64,000 bases of DNA from Eledone cirrhosa. Taxonomy: Eukaryota. The DNA is taken from contig OZ024740.1 of assembly GCA_964016885.1 (NCBI GenBank), forward strand, positions 359,476,001-359,540,000, in the 5' to 3' direction. The number at the start of each line of letters is the position of its first letter. Positions within the stretch are counted from its first letter, which is position 1. This document shows positions 25,889 through 39,964 of this stretch, one piece after another. The translations under genes were made by a program, and so were the position numbers. The notes under the pieces are model-generated. The model ran no database searches. It was not told the origin of the DNA and was given only the letters and a program-made list of their open reading frames with translations.

Positions 25889-26454
25889 GTACACTATTAA
25901 TAATTATTAATGCACTCGTGCAATGCCTGTGCGTGACGAATATTTTTAAAGTGAGGAAAGACTGTGCACTGAGCCAATCCCACTCTCTGAGTGACAGTAG
26001 CTATAACCCGAAAAGAGGAAAAGATCAACATCGTCGGTAACTACTGAGCCGCAGGTTTTATGTCGGAGTTAACCCAGTTTCCTGAGATGCCTTCTCCTGA
26101 CAAGGGCTAGGGGGTTCTTCACTCCCAGTGGTTTAACTGCGCGATCGGGCATCCAGCCCGATTATTTCTATGTCCCCGCGCAAAAAAAAAAAAAAAAAAA
26201 AATCACTTATTGACACTTATACGTACGACATACATACACGCGCATACATATGCGCGCACACAGCAACACTCATACATACAAACAAACACACACGCTACTC
26301 TACTCACTTACACACACACATATATATATATATATATTACCGTCATTACTGATACAAGATTACCAGATTATGTCAACTGTTGACTTTCAAGAGTTTGTAT
26401 AGTTGAAGCCGATCGTACTACAGTCCAGTATTATTATAATTGCTTTACAGCATA

Positions 26455-26595
26455 GAGTCACGGCCCTCCACGCTCTGAGCTCAAATCCCGCCGAGGTCAA
26501 CCTTGCCTTTCATCCCCACGGAGTCAACAAAAGAGAGTACCAGTGATGCGCTGGGCCAGTCGCTGGATCCGTGCCAAAAGCAGAAAAATTATTAT
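26455..26595 (+). mobile_element. SINE family B
   Basis: ctgagctcaaatcccgccgaggtcaaccttgcctttcatcc. Confidence 0.75.
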
Positions 26596-26896
26596 TAAAG
26601 TTGTTTTCTTAAGGCCCGGTCGTTGGTGATGGTGATGGCGGCGGCGGTAGTAGTGGTGGTGGCAGTTGATGTTGTTGTTGTGTTGTGTGTGTGTGTGTGT
26701 GTGTGTTTTGTTATTTTGAGGGTGGGTGGGGGGGGTTATCTTTTGATGCCGCTGTTGTTGTTGTAAATGTTCATTTCAGTTCATTCTGAAGCTGTTGTTG
26801 CTGTAAACATTAGTGCCGGTGTTGTTGTAGATGTTGGGGTTGGAATCTGATCGTTTGACTGAGTGATGTATATACACACATATACATACATATATA

Positions 26897-27160
26897 TATG
26901 GAAAGTTATATTTAAATTGTTGGGTTACAACTAGTAAATATTTATAACTGATATAAAAGCACTCGACAAATATTTGGAGTATATTTACAATATTAAATAA
27001 ATGGAAACTATATTTATAAAACCATATTTATTTCATTATATATATTTCAGGGATATCATATTAACAATATGCTATGCCTTCCTCAGACAAAATACAATAT
27101 AAACAGTTTTATAATGAAATAAATATGGTTTTATAAATATAGTTTCCATTTATTTAATAT
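26897..27160 (-). mobile_element. Solo PLE pLTR with a short inverted arm
   Basis: 26897-27113 matches 34626-34843 (3' end of the 34.6-37.8 kb PLE). 27110-27160 is an inverted copy of about 26990-27040. (TA)n flanks. Confidence 0.85.
27029..27094 (-). ncRNA. Minimal type I hammerhead ribozyme
   Basis: Reverse complement: tattttgt-CTGAGGA-agg..catatt gtt aatatg..cct-GAAA-tatata-TA/atgaaata. Confidence 0.75.
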
Positions 27161-27684
27161 CATACATATATATATATATATATATACACATTCAACAGAG
27201 AGTAAAGAGTTTGACAACAGGTCGATGACTTTAGTCTAGATAGGGTAATGACATGTGATGGTGGGGAGACAGTGTAGAAGTTATTGTGGTGGCGGGGGAG
27301 AGTGTGATGTATCTAGTTCATTTGACTGTTTTCTTCTCTTTGCAAAATTTGAATTTTAGCCATGTTATATTGAGATGTAAGTAAATGTAAAATGTAAAAT
27401 ATAAATAAGGATTGCTCTGCTAAAATATACTAAAATATTTGTGTAACTTCCACAAACTTCTGTCGTGACATTCCCGAGTCCAGTGACCAACAAATTGTTG
27501 TATTTTGATGTTTCAGAATACAAAAATTAATTAAAAACTTACCCCACGAAAAGACAGCGTGTGTTGTCCTATCTATAAGCTCCCTCATCATACATACATA
27601 CATACATACATACATACATACATACATACATACATACATACATACATACATAAAGACAGAGAGGGAGGACTCTATTTTCACTGA

Positions 27685-29085
27685 TAAAATAAAATATTGC
27701 AGGGGTATATTTCAGGGGGACAGTCTCTCTGTGATTATTATTCATCTTGTCATTAAACCCCTTGTCCTTTCTGCTCAAGAAATGTGAGGGATACATTATT
27801 GGCTCACAGGAGGACAGAAATACGAACCTAACCCATAACTTCTTTGTAGACGATCTGAAACTCTATGCCAAGAACATGGATGGGATGAAGAAAAATCTTG
27901 ACCTGGTTACAACGTTCTCAAAGGATGTAGGAATGGAGTTTAGCCAAGATAAATTCTCATACATGACTGTAAAGCGGGGAAAAACAACAACCCAATCTAG
28001 CAACATTGTCATCAATGGCCTAACTGTTTCACCGATATCTGATGAGGACTGCTACAGATACCTGGGGATAGATGAGAACATATCCTTTAATGGTATCTGT
28101 AATAAAGAACGCGTAACCAGGGAATACTACACCCGATTAAGAAACATATGGTCATTGGAACTCTCTGAGCAAAATAAAACAGTGGCTCACAATGTGTTTG
28201 CTGTGCCTGTCCTAACACCAACGTTTGGAATACTCAATTGGACGATAGACGAAATCCAAGGCGTTGATGTTGGAACTCGAAAAATGCTGAACAACACCGG
28301 AAACTTCCACATCAACAGTGATATAGACCGCCTTTACTTGAAACGTAAGCAGGGAGACAGAGGCCTAACTTCAGTCCAGACAACATTTGAATGTCGCATC
28401 ATATCTCTCCGACAACATCTACGAACCTCCAAACATAGGAGCCCATCTATTGAGCAAGTCTGTCTGCGGGAGACAGATAAGATCTTGAGAGTTTGGGAAA
28501 TAACTACTTGAAAGATACTCCTGCATGATAATCAAAAGCTCACACCCAGCAATACCGCAGTGAATCCATGGATGAAAAGCTGCATGCTTATCAGCAAAAA
28601 ATCATGCATGGAAATGTTGCCAGGAAGCTCCAGAGTGAGAGTAATATAGATAAAGAAAGTTGTCTATCTTGGACCAACAACCGCTATATTGGCTCCCAAG
28701 TTGAAGGATATGCTTCTGCAATCCAAGAACAGGAAATCAACACAAAATATCTGATTCACAAAAGAGATAGGGATGCAGTCAAAACCCAATAAAATGCAGG
28801 TATAACAGACCAGATTTAATGATATGGGACCGGGAAAAGAAGGCATGCACACTAGTGGAAGTTAGCTGCCCAGCAGATGCCAATATAATATTAAAGATTA
28901 GCGGGAAAAAAAATATCTATGCAGAACTAATGAGAAATCTGCAAATACTCCATCCTGACTATACATTCAGATTTATACCTGTAATTATTGGAGCACTGGG
29001 ATATGTAAGTAACTGCTTCAGTACAAATCTTGAGAAGCTGGGCTTCACAGAAACAGAAAGAACATGGTTTGTTAGGACATTGTAG
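27685..29085 (+). mobile_element. Disrupted R4/Dong-like (RLE) LINE fragment
   Basis: RGIFQGDSLS, FFVDDLKLY, YRYLGI, SDIDRLYLKR, AIQEQ, VEVSCPAD and IPVIIGALG. Confidence 0.88.
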
Positions 29086-29376
29086 CAAGAGTTGCCTCCC
29101 TGGTTATGACGATCGCATCAGCAGCAGCGCTGGTACAAGAACGGGAGTCTGACTGCATCGTCCGAAGAAACCAGACATCAATAGCTTCGCTCTGGCGATT
29201 AACCACGTGATGGGATCCCCACCATGGGACCGTCAGGTGCGAATCACTGCAGTCGTTTCTTCGGAACATTAAACAGTCCAGGTATAACCAAAGCACTTAT
29301 TCTTATTGTTATTGTTGTTTCATCTAATAACCGTGTTAATCCATTTGACAATTACCTATAACATTTAATTGTTATA

Positions 29377-29531
29377 ATTGGTGCTGTTGATTGGTGTTGT
29401 TGATTGGTGTTGTTGATTGGTGTTGTTGATTGGTGCTGTTGATTGGTGTTGTTGATTGGTGTTGTTGATTGGTGTTGTTGATTGGTGTTGGTGATTGGTG
29501 TTGTTGATTGGTGTTGGGGATTGGTGTTGTT
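29377..29531. repeat. 13-bp minisatellite (ATTGGTGTTGTTG)n
   Basis: About 12 tandem units, seen directly. Confidence 0.95.
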
Positions 29532-30429
29532 TTCAGTACAATCCATTAATGGAACAGTAAAAATATGTAAAACATTCCAAAACTTCTGAATCTAATAACA
29601 GCATAAGCACATGTACAGATACAAAGCATATATACACATGCAGACATATAACTCAAAGCATACACATCCACACATACATTAACATCAATTTATGTGTATA
29701 TTGTCAATTACGAATTTATTTGATATATCATATCTACATGTATATATACATGTATATATACATGTATATATACTATGCACATTACACATGATAGCAGAAA
29801 ACCACCCGAAGCGTGGTTTTTCTGCTAGTTTATATTGTAAAGTGCATTGAACTGCATAATATTCAAAAGATAAAGGTAAAGTATTTTGTTTTTCAATTAT
29901 TTGGTTAATTACACAAGTAATCAAGTTTCTTTCTTGTTTATTTGTTTTTATTTTTATTTTTATTTTTTATTGCTAAATAATTTGTTTTGTAACTTTTTAA
30001 TTAATTATAAATGATCTTTTTATTTCTTTTTAGCTGAATCATTTACAAATTTTTTGTGCGTGCGTGTATGTGTGTATCTCTGTGTGCGTGTGTGGGGCGG
30101 GGTGTCACTTAGAATATACTTTAAGGTGTACAAATAAGATGGTAAAGAAAGGGAATAATAAATTAATATCAAAATAAATTTTATTACGTTCCGGTAAAAC
30201 AAGTTTTAATGAATCTGTATTTAAGGGCTAAGTATTTGTTTATCATATGCTCGAATACGATATATCTTGTGCAATTAAACGCATTCCTCGTTAATTTCAG
30301 GAGGCGGGGAAATGAGTTTTGTGCATGTTAGTGGAGTAAATAAAATAGCTACCAAGGTGAATCGAACCGGATCGCAGGTTTGATTTTCGAGAGCTAAACT
30401 TGCCTGTCATATTTAGTTCAGCTTTAGTT

Positions 30430-30747
30430 CAGATGTTCTCAAACTTTTGTGGCCACAACCCCACCTCGCGGCCTCGTAATACCCTCGGCGCCCCCACCCC
30501 CAAATCCTATTTCCAGAGACCTGCCTACACGCAAATTGTGAATAATATCTAATAAATAAAATCGTTAATTTATATACAATAAATAATATAATATTACTAT
30601 GTATAAATAAATATATATTTTTTATTTTACTATATTTATATATAATATATATCATTTGATATTTAATATACTATTATATCATCTCTACCACCCCCTTAGG
30701 TCCCAGTGCCCCCTGGGGAGTGGTAACGCCCAGTTTGAGAACCTCTG
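30430..30747 (+). mobile_element. hAT-type MITE with 8-bp TSD
   Basis: TIRs cagatgttctcaaact / agtttgagaacctctg; TSD ctttagtt at 30422-30429 and 30748-30755. Confidence 0.9.
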
Positions 30748-30840
30748 CTTTAGTTCTTAACATGTTGAAAGGAAAACGTTGAACCATTCAATTGAGCAGT
30801 GGGATGACCATTGCATTCGTCAATTAAGAACTGAAGCAAC

Positions 30841-30903
<63 letters not shown>

Positions 30904-31214
30904 GCATGTTTACCTATTGTACAGTTTCAGACTTTAATATATCAGTAGTCGATTCTAATTGCAGAGTTTCGGGTGATTGACCTCTAGTTCATATATTAAT
31001 AGTCCTGACAGTTGAATGTTTCATATAATGTTTTTCTCTAAATGGTATCTCATTTGCTTCAAATGAAATATTTAATACCTTTTCTTGTATAACCGATTGA
31101 TCTAATTAGCTAAATAAATGTATGTGACAGAAATAACACTATGAGGTAGATAACTAGTGTCAAGATGGCTGGTCATCTCCAATTTTGTTTTACAGTTCAG
31201 TGTGTAAACATATA

Positions 31215-31350
31215 GGCGGCGAATTGGCAGAGTCGATAGAACGTCGGATAGAATGATTTATGGTATATATTCTGACTCTGAACTCTCTGAGTTGAACTTT
31301 GCATTTCATCCTTTCGATAAAAAAAAGTACGAGTCCAATACTGGGGACTA
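31215..31350 (+). mobile_element. SINE family B
   Basis: Head ggcggcgaattggcagagtcgatag; body aactttgcatttcatcc. Confidence 0.65.
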
Positions 31351-32248
31351 TTATACCTCTATGTCTCTTTCTCACTCCTTCTCTTTCTCGGGAAGAAATC
31401 AACTGTGTCCATTTTTAAAAAGCCCAAATAACGCTGTATGACATTGTGGCGTCTCAATCACTCCCTCGGGAATCATGGTTACATACATACAAGCAAACAT
31501 ATGTTTAATTGTTAAGACATTTAGTTAAAACATTTAATTTAGCTGTAGAATATTATCACCAGACGCGTCAAAAATTAGATTCACCACTAACATCACTGCA
31601 TATCTTAATCGATTTAAATGTTGATGTTCTCTCCATCGTCTTGTTGGCACGAATTGACATTCTCTTTTCGAGTGTAATTCTGACTGATTAAAATTTATTT
31701 TTGGCTCACTGCGGTAATTATGTTAGTTCACACTTAAACCAAAATAATGGATTTGTTCAACCTTTCCTTATATGATGTTCTTTCTTCTTCATTTAACGCA
31801 GTTCATTAAAGCCATGATGGATAAAACAAACTAAAGAACTAATATGTGTGTATCTTATTGTTATGAACAATATCTTCGTTTCTTTACCTTGTCAGTTTAA
31901 TCGAAATACAACCAACTATATCATATTCTGTTGTCGTGTTTTATATTTTGCTACCACGTAACGTTGAATTTTTATTCCAAATAGCTCTCTTGGAAGAGTT
32001 GTATAGTCCTAAGTATCTGAAACCATAACGACACCCCGAAGACAGCTGACAGTTTATTCGTTTCGGTGTCCTTCGTTCCGTCCTATGTGTTAATTTTCAA
32101 TACATGCTTGCGCGTGCGCACACACACGTACAAGCACTGACAATATACTGACACTTCTCGACATGTTTTGGTCTCATTTGACGTCATTAGTGAAGTATAA
32201 TCTAGCCGTCACTGAAGATAGTAGGCTATGAGTAAATTATTTAGGATT

Positions 32249-32470
32249 TTGGTTGGTGAAATACATAATTGTTTCTACTTTAGGCACAAGGCCAGCAATT
32301 ATCCCAGTGTATTACTGGTACTTTATTTTATCGACCCCGTAAGGATGAAAGGCAAAGTTAACCTTGGCCTTTCATCCTTACGGGGTCGATAAAATAAAGT
32401 ACCAGTAATGTACTGGGTAATTGCTGGCCTTGTGCCTAAAGTAGAAACAATTATGTATTTCACCAACCAA
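32249..32470. repeat. Palindrome made of a SINE-B 3' half and its flank
   Basis: Two arms of about 105 bp that are near-perfect reverse complements, centred near 32360. Confidence 0.92.
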
Positions 32471-33439
32471 TGAAATACATGATACAAGTTATTTGTACCG
32501 ACGTAAGAATCCTTTAACTGTCACAAAGAAAAACCTGTTTGTATACTTAAATTTAAATGTACAATGTATTGATTTATTTTCCATAGGCATAAAGTCATTA
32601 GTTGAAAAAAATATAAATTGAAAACGAATCTGTTCGTGTCTTTCTAAAAGGTAATAGTTTCAAGCAGGAACTGAATATGGTTCGCCATTTTGAGTAAGTG
32701 GGAAATATTGCTTTCTGCATTCTTACCGAAGCGTATTAGCAGTGTAAGTAAATTCAATTGAATACGACTGCTGATTGTACATAGTCATCTTGATTCACAA
32801 GAGATATTCCAGGCAGTCTATGGTATTAACCATACAACTCTGATATATTTTTATACACATTGATTATCTTTTAGCATGATTTCGTGACTTTTATACGAAA
32901 AGCTATTTTAAAACTCTTCCAAGTTAATGTCATATATAATTGGCTCCGTTTTAAAGTCCCTCCCATATTTTGATTGAAACGTCAAGAAAACTACACATTA
33001 GTTGTTGTTTTTTAATTGGCTATTCTCTTTGAACCTACTAACTAAACATTTATATATACTATAAAAACTTCAATAAGCACTGTCAATTTATTTTTATTCA
33101 AAATAATTGCGAAAGGTGAACGTTTTATTGCCAAATCATTAAATAACTTGAATACATAATGTATATGTAGTTTATATATTTCTACCATAATTCGTGCTTC
33201 ATAATCTAGCACAGCAATGTATAGGCGTTCTTGTTAGTGTCTGTGAGAAACATTTCAAACATATCTAAAACCCTTTTGAAACCACCCATTGCTATTTTAT
33301 ATAAGAGATATTCGTTAAGCTATATTTCAAAACCAGTTACTTATTTTACTAGATCCTTCCAAATTCTGCGGATTTTTTTTTTTTTTTTTTAATTCTAAGA
33401 TGCATTATAAAAGTATAAATCTACCCAACATTGATTTTT

Positions 33440-33580
33440 ATTTTATTTTATCGATACCGAAAATATAAAAGGTGAAGTGTTGACCTTGACAGGAATTAAA
33501 CTCAGACCGGAAAGAAATGTAACTAAATCCTGTAAATCAATTTGTCTGATATCCTAACAGTTCCTCCAATCCGCTGCCTA
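33440..33580 (-). mobile_element. Decayed SINE family B
   Basis: Reverse complement begins ggcagcggattgg and contains ctgagtttaattcc..caaggtcaac. Confidence 0.55.
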
Positions 33581-34563
33581 GATGTTAACTTAATTACAGT
33601 GTATTAGTATTGTGTTAGTATTGTATACCATGAGAAATATCTTTATAACTTACGGATTTACAAAGTAATAAATAGTCGAGCTCTCATTATGGAAATTCCA
33701 AAACCTGTAAATGTAAGGAAAACTCATATAAGGTATCTACAATAGAAATTGTATCTAAATAACTTGAATAAAAACTCCCTCCGTTTTTGGCGGCACAAGC
33801 ACACAATTGTATATCTCTTGTTGCTGGTTTTCCCAGTCACTCCTACTTTAGTGATGTGCATGTCCAGCTGGTCTTTTAGTTTTACTGAGCGGGTATAACT
33901 TTGGCTATCATTGGTTTATTGTGGAATACGATGTCCGAAAACACACAAAAATTATCTTCACAATGTTGCACCACTTTTCATGAAATAAATATATCTTTGA
34001 AATATGACTCAAAGAGAGTTTTCAAATTTTTTTGTTGATATGTGGCGAATTCTGATATAAGTTGGTGACAGATTTTAGTTCAACTTCTGATGTAGTCGAC
34101 TGCAGCTACGATCTATAATAGCCCTGTCTTCTTGCTGATATGCTCAACCAAGGCTAACTAAAAAAAAACGCATATGAGTATAACTAAAAAGACTATATCA
34201 AACTCGATATTGACTTAACAGCTAATAAAAATTCTTGATAAAAAATTTAAAAGACGTGGTTCCTAAAGAGCATATTTCTATCATCGAATCAATAAAAATT
34301 GTTTGATTTCAGCCTAATATACGCATGCATACATACATTCGTTTATCGTTCAAATGTACTGATTACCAGATGAATAAATTTCATTCTAGTAGATCGATAT
34401 TTAGAGTGGTACTAATATATTGAAATATAGTTCAACACTCAATGATGTTTAATAAAATGAAAATAATCAGAGGTATGGCTGTGCGGTACGTTGGGCAAGT
34501 ATTTACTATTATAGTTGACTAATGTGAGTGAAATTTAGCAGAGGTAAACTGCAGAAGACGTCG

Positions 34564-34625
<62 letters not shown>

Positions 34626-34628
<3 letters not shown>

Positions 34629-37600
34629 AAAGTTTTATTTAAAATTGTTGGGTTACAACGAGTAAATATTTTATAACTGATATAAAAGCACTCAACAAGT
34701 TTTGGAGTAGGTTTACGATATTAAACAAATGGAAACTATATTTATAAAACCATATTTATTTCATTATATATATTTCAGGGATATCATATTTAAAATATGG
34801 TATGCCTTCCTCAGACAAAATACAATATATAAACCGTTTTATAAATAAATTTGACATACCTTAAACATTACAACTTCCATTTAAAAAGTTGATTTGGTAG
34901 TGAAAATGTTAAGGACAGTTATAAAGAAAGACGAAGAGAAAAAAGAAGGAAAGTGTATAGTGCTAAGGACGAAGAGAAGAAGAAAGAAAGTGTATAGTGC
35001 TAAGGACAGTTAGAGAGGAAGATGAAGAAGATGAAGAGATGTATGTAAAGAAAAACAACAGAGCGAGATAGAGAAAGAGATATGGGAGAGAGAAATATAT
35101 TGAGGAAGTGAAAAATGATAGGCAGCTTTGGCACAGATGAACAACGTACAAATGAGAGATTAAGGAGGGAAGGGGGTATTGTAATTATTTATTTATTTAT
35201 TTATTTAGTTATAGTGTTAAGGATACGGAGAGAAATAAAAATAAAAATAAAAATAAAAATAAATAAAGAGAGGTATAGAGAGATATAGGTGGTGGGAGAA
35301 AAGAGGTAGATCGAGTAATATCTATCATACGAGGTGGGAGAGATACAATTAAATCAGCCGATACACAAATCCCGTCAAGTGTAGAGGGAGGAGGAGAAGA
35401 AAATAGACATATTCAGAAAGAAAGATGATAGATTTAAAATATTATGTCTCATCCATTTGAATTATCAATTCATATGAATTAGGTATCATAATGTAAATAT
35501 CAATATTCATGAATGAGACACATATCAATAATGTGTGAAAAAATGAAAAAATAATGACCCTATGTTTAGTTTTAAAAATTCTTAGGTTTATAATCAAAAT
35601 CTGAGATAAAACTTCAAAAATACTGAAACACATAAGTATATATGTATTTTCATGAAAAAAGAAAAAGAGAAAAGAGAAGGTTATCTCAAATTCAAGTTGA
35701 CAATTATAGACACACATGTGAATTTACGTGATCGGCTCTGTAAATTCTTATTTTTCATGAAAATCCTCATTGCGTTACAAAAAATTCCACCATACATATA
35801 TGTACATACATATATATATAGACATAAAATATACATTAATATTAATAATAATATTCTTGCCCTCACTTACATGATTATCGTTCAAGCATAGAATAGACAA
35901 CAGATATCAATATATTAAAAACGCCAAGAGTATTTTCATCACTCCCCAGAGTATCTAGGGACGTAAGAAAACATAGTATGCCACGCATATCAACCACAGA
36001 AAACCACCCTTCCAATTTATTTGACAATATATTGTCAAGTTCATTAGAAGCAATCAGAATCAAAAGCAAACAGAACCAAAATTATTCAACAAAACTTATT
36101 TAGCAGAAATCATTCGAAAAAAAAAAATTTATGGATACCCAGTTGTTCTACAAATGCTCTTATATTTATCATAGAAGTTTATCTAGCTTAAAAGTTTATT
36201 CAATAGATTGGGACCTTCCCCATTTTAGGGTAGTTTAATTAATCTCATTAATTATATACTCATGAGGAAGGTTTTAAAAATTGAAGGAATCGAAAGATTT
36301 ATCGCCAAGTTTCATAAATAGTTGAATATCTTAAGTAAATATACTACATTTTAAATTTATATTTATATTTAAAAGTTGAGTTCAATCTATGTCTGCAGCA
36401 GCTGAATAAATTGGTCCGTGAATTAAGGGAATTTTTAGATTTTAGTATAAAGAATATCTCCTCCGCGCAGAGGTCACATGTCTCAGAAGAGGAATTAAAA
36501 GGAATCCCTTTTGGGACTATATTCCAAACCATCGAATATCCAACGTTATCATGTTTAAGTTGCCAGAGTAAGCCTGATAGTGATGTTGAAGATTTTTTAT
36601 TTGGATCCGTGAAAGAATTCTTGTGATTATTATAGCGAAGTTTAAATTCTGTCGAGGTGGAACCAACATAATTAAAAGAATTTAAGTCAGTTTTAACATT
36701 ACAGTTGTATATTATATTTTTAACTAAGCAATTGTTATTTAGCGGACATTTAGATCTATCTCTACAGTTATAGTTGTTTACTTGAATATTGTTTAGGCTA
36801 TTTTCGGTATTTTGGCTAGGTTTTAGATTCCTATTATTTATTCTATTAATATTTTGTGCTAAATTTTTGGTGGACGAGTATGTTAATTTTATAGTATGTC
36901 TATTGAAAATTGAGTGATACTTATGTGTTCTAGGGAAGCGTTTGTCAAGAGCATTAAAAAATAGTTTAGCGATGTGGGTTTTAATGTTTAGTGAGAAAGG
37001 GGGGGGGGGCAAACCATATTATATTACTAGTTCTATTTCTTTTCTGGTTTTTGGAATTATTGTAATGCTTTCTATTATAGTTGTTAAAGTTGTTACCGTA
37101 ATTAAAATTGTTATATTGGTTAGTTTGTCTATTATCGATGTACATAATGTTATCACTATATCCTGCTCTAGCTAACGCTTCATTGTAATACTGGGCTTTT
37201 TCGTCGAAAATATTTTTATTAGATGACATTCTAGAGATACGTTTTTTAACAGAGTTCACTATAGTATTTTTGACAGATCTGGGGGTGATTAGAGCTAAAA
37301 CTGACATAATTCAAGTTTTCATTTAACTTGTGAAATGGATAGTGAAGACATGTGTTGAGATTTAATATTACATCTAGGAAATTGACTATTCTATGGTTAT
37401 TCTCAATTTCTATTTTTAGATTAAGGTAATTAAAAAATTGTATAATTTGTTTTCTTTTTCTATTTAGTTCAGAGTTATTATTTTCAATAAGTAAAAGCAT
37501 GTCATCTCTATATAATCCACCGGTAACACCGGGTATTTTCCTATGCAGCGAATTAATTATATATAGGCCCACAAGGTCCGTTACCTGAGCTGAGTCTGAT

Positions 37601-37758
37601 GATCCCATAGTAATGTCGAAATTATTATTTCTATCTGCCCTAGTCCATAGTTGGTTATTAAATTCTATCAATGTTTTCCTTGCCGATAATATAATGTGCA
37701 TTTCATTGCTAGTTAGGTCTGTATGTTTGAATGCGTAATTTAGTGCCTTATTTAGTAG

Positions 37759-37760
<2 letters not shown>
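34626..37760 (-). mobile_element. 5'-truncated Naiad-type PLE with about 1.7 kb of 3' sequence ending in a hammerhead pLTR
   Basis: Frameshifted ORFs 37246-37701, 36981-37307 and 36344-37012 contain FDITMGSSDSAQ, GGLYRDD, NCR...CPL...CL, IIY..YVG and CDLC..LN.R..CRH. Both ends abut (TA)n. Confidence 0.9.
34757..34822 (-). ncRNA. Minimal type I hammerhead ribozyme
   Basis: Same fold as 27029-27094 (CTGAGGA...GAAA-tatata-TA). Confidence 0.75.
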
Positions 37761-37829
<69 letters not shown>

Positions 37830-38953
37830 CAAAGTGAGGTTTTTTTTACAAATGAAAAATAACCGAGGTGTCCTACACGAGTGAAAGTATAAGGAAAAAA
37901 GATGATATCGAAAATGCAACTGGAGTCTTTATTTTTTTAAATATATATATATTTATTTGGTTCCTTTACCTTTGGTTTCGCAGTTCTTCTGCTTTTCAAA
38001 AGTAGAGTTGAGATGGAGGGTCTGTGATTTTTCTTACATCTGGTTGGTCTTTGAATGTTACTTGTTTTATATGGAAAAAAGTGGCTCGAAATGACAGGTT
38101 TTTGGAGAAGTAATTTGATTGGTTCGTGAATAAGTATAATACAGTTCGCGTTACAAAGTTCTTCAAACAAAGGGGGGAGTTCAGGTAGTTTTTTAATATA
38201 TGAGTGGAGTTTGGTTGGTTGATGCAGTCACGTGAATAAGCACATCAGCTTTCGCGCCAGTTTGTGTTTGAATTTCTTTTTACTTAAAAAAAGTGGCTCA
38301 CGAAGGCTTTTTTTTTTAAATGTAATTTGATTGGTTATAAATTAAATTATGACTGTCATGTGAACAAGTTCATTAAATTTCGCGCCCGTATTTGGGAATT
38401 TATTTTGTAGCATTTTAGAGAATTTTGTGCCAAACAAAAGATAATGGTCAAGAGAAATGGGATAGGGAGAATTGTTCTGGTTCAGTGAATATGGCTGGTT
38501 CGCTGGGGTGTCAGAATTCAGACTTTCTATTGAAATAAAGAAAGTAGAGATATGTATGTTTATTTGTGTGCTTGTGTGTGTGTAGGAAGATGATTCTATT
38601 AGTAGAAATGGGGGAGAGAGTTGTGTGTGGGGGGTGTTATGTGTATGTGTGTGGGGGAGTATGGTTAGTATGTTAAGATGGAGAGAATATATATATTTTG
38701 TGTGTGTGTGTAGGAAAGTGATTCTATTAGTAGAAATGGGGAAGGGAGTTGTGTGTGTGGGGGTGTTATGTGTGTGTGTATGGGTCTTATGTGTGTGGGG
38801 GGGGGGAGTATTGTTAGCATGTTAAGATGGAGAGAAAATGTATATATTTTGTGTGTGTGAGAGAGAGAGAGAGTGTAGGAAAATGATTCCGTTAGTAGAA
38901 ATGGGGGAGGGAGTTATGTGTGTGTATGGGGGGTAGCATGTTAAGGTGTTAGA

Positions 38954-39114
<161 letters not shown>

Positions 39115-39230
39115 AGAACTGCGAAACCGGTAAAGGAACCAAATAAATATATATATTTTTTTTAAAAATAAGACTCCAGTTGCATTTTCGATTTCATCTC
39201 TTTTTCTTTATATATATATATATATATATA

Positions 39231-39720
<490 letters not shown>

Positions 39721-39725
<5 letters not shown>

Positions 39726-39832
39726 AACCAGTAAGACCCCGACAGCTGAGCTCAAGCCGTTTCGACGGCTAATTCTCAAATTAGCCGTCGAAACGGCTTG
39801 AGCTCAGCTGTCGAGGTCTTACTGGTTCCTAT
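39721..39832. repeat. Palindrome with 54-bp arms and 4-nt loop containing hammerhead 3' halves
   Basis: Arms 39721-39774 and 39779-39832; GAAA-cggct tgagctc agctg-TC at 39790-39812. Confidence 0.9.
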
Positions 39833-39908
39833 TACCCACTCTACTACCTCAAGTATTGAGTACTTTGGTGCGTTATGGTCCACCTGGTTCCTTACCACAT
39901 TTCCTTCG

Positions 39909-39964
<56 letters not shown>

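Noticed and set aside
29377-29531. Regular short repeats resembling a CRISPR array
   Set aside because: Head-to-tail minisatellite with no spacers, in a eukaryotic context with no cas genes.
32153-32197. Minus-strand hammerhead-like relic (CTAATGA...AAAA-catg-TC)
   Set aside because: Two core substitutions and a poor stem I; possibly a dead copy but not supportable.
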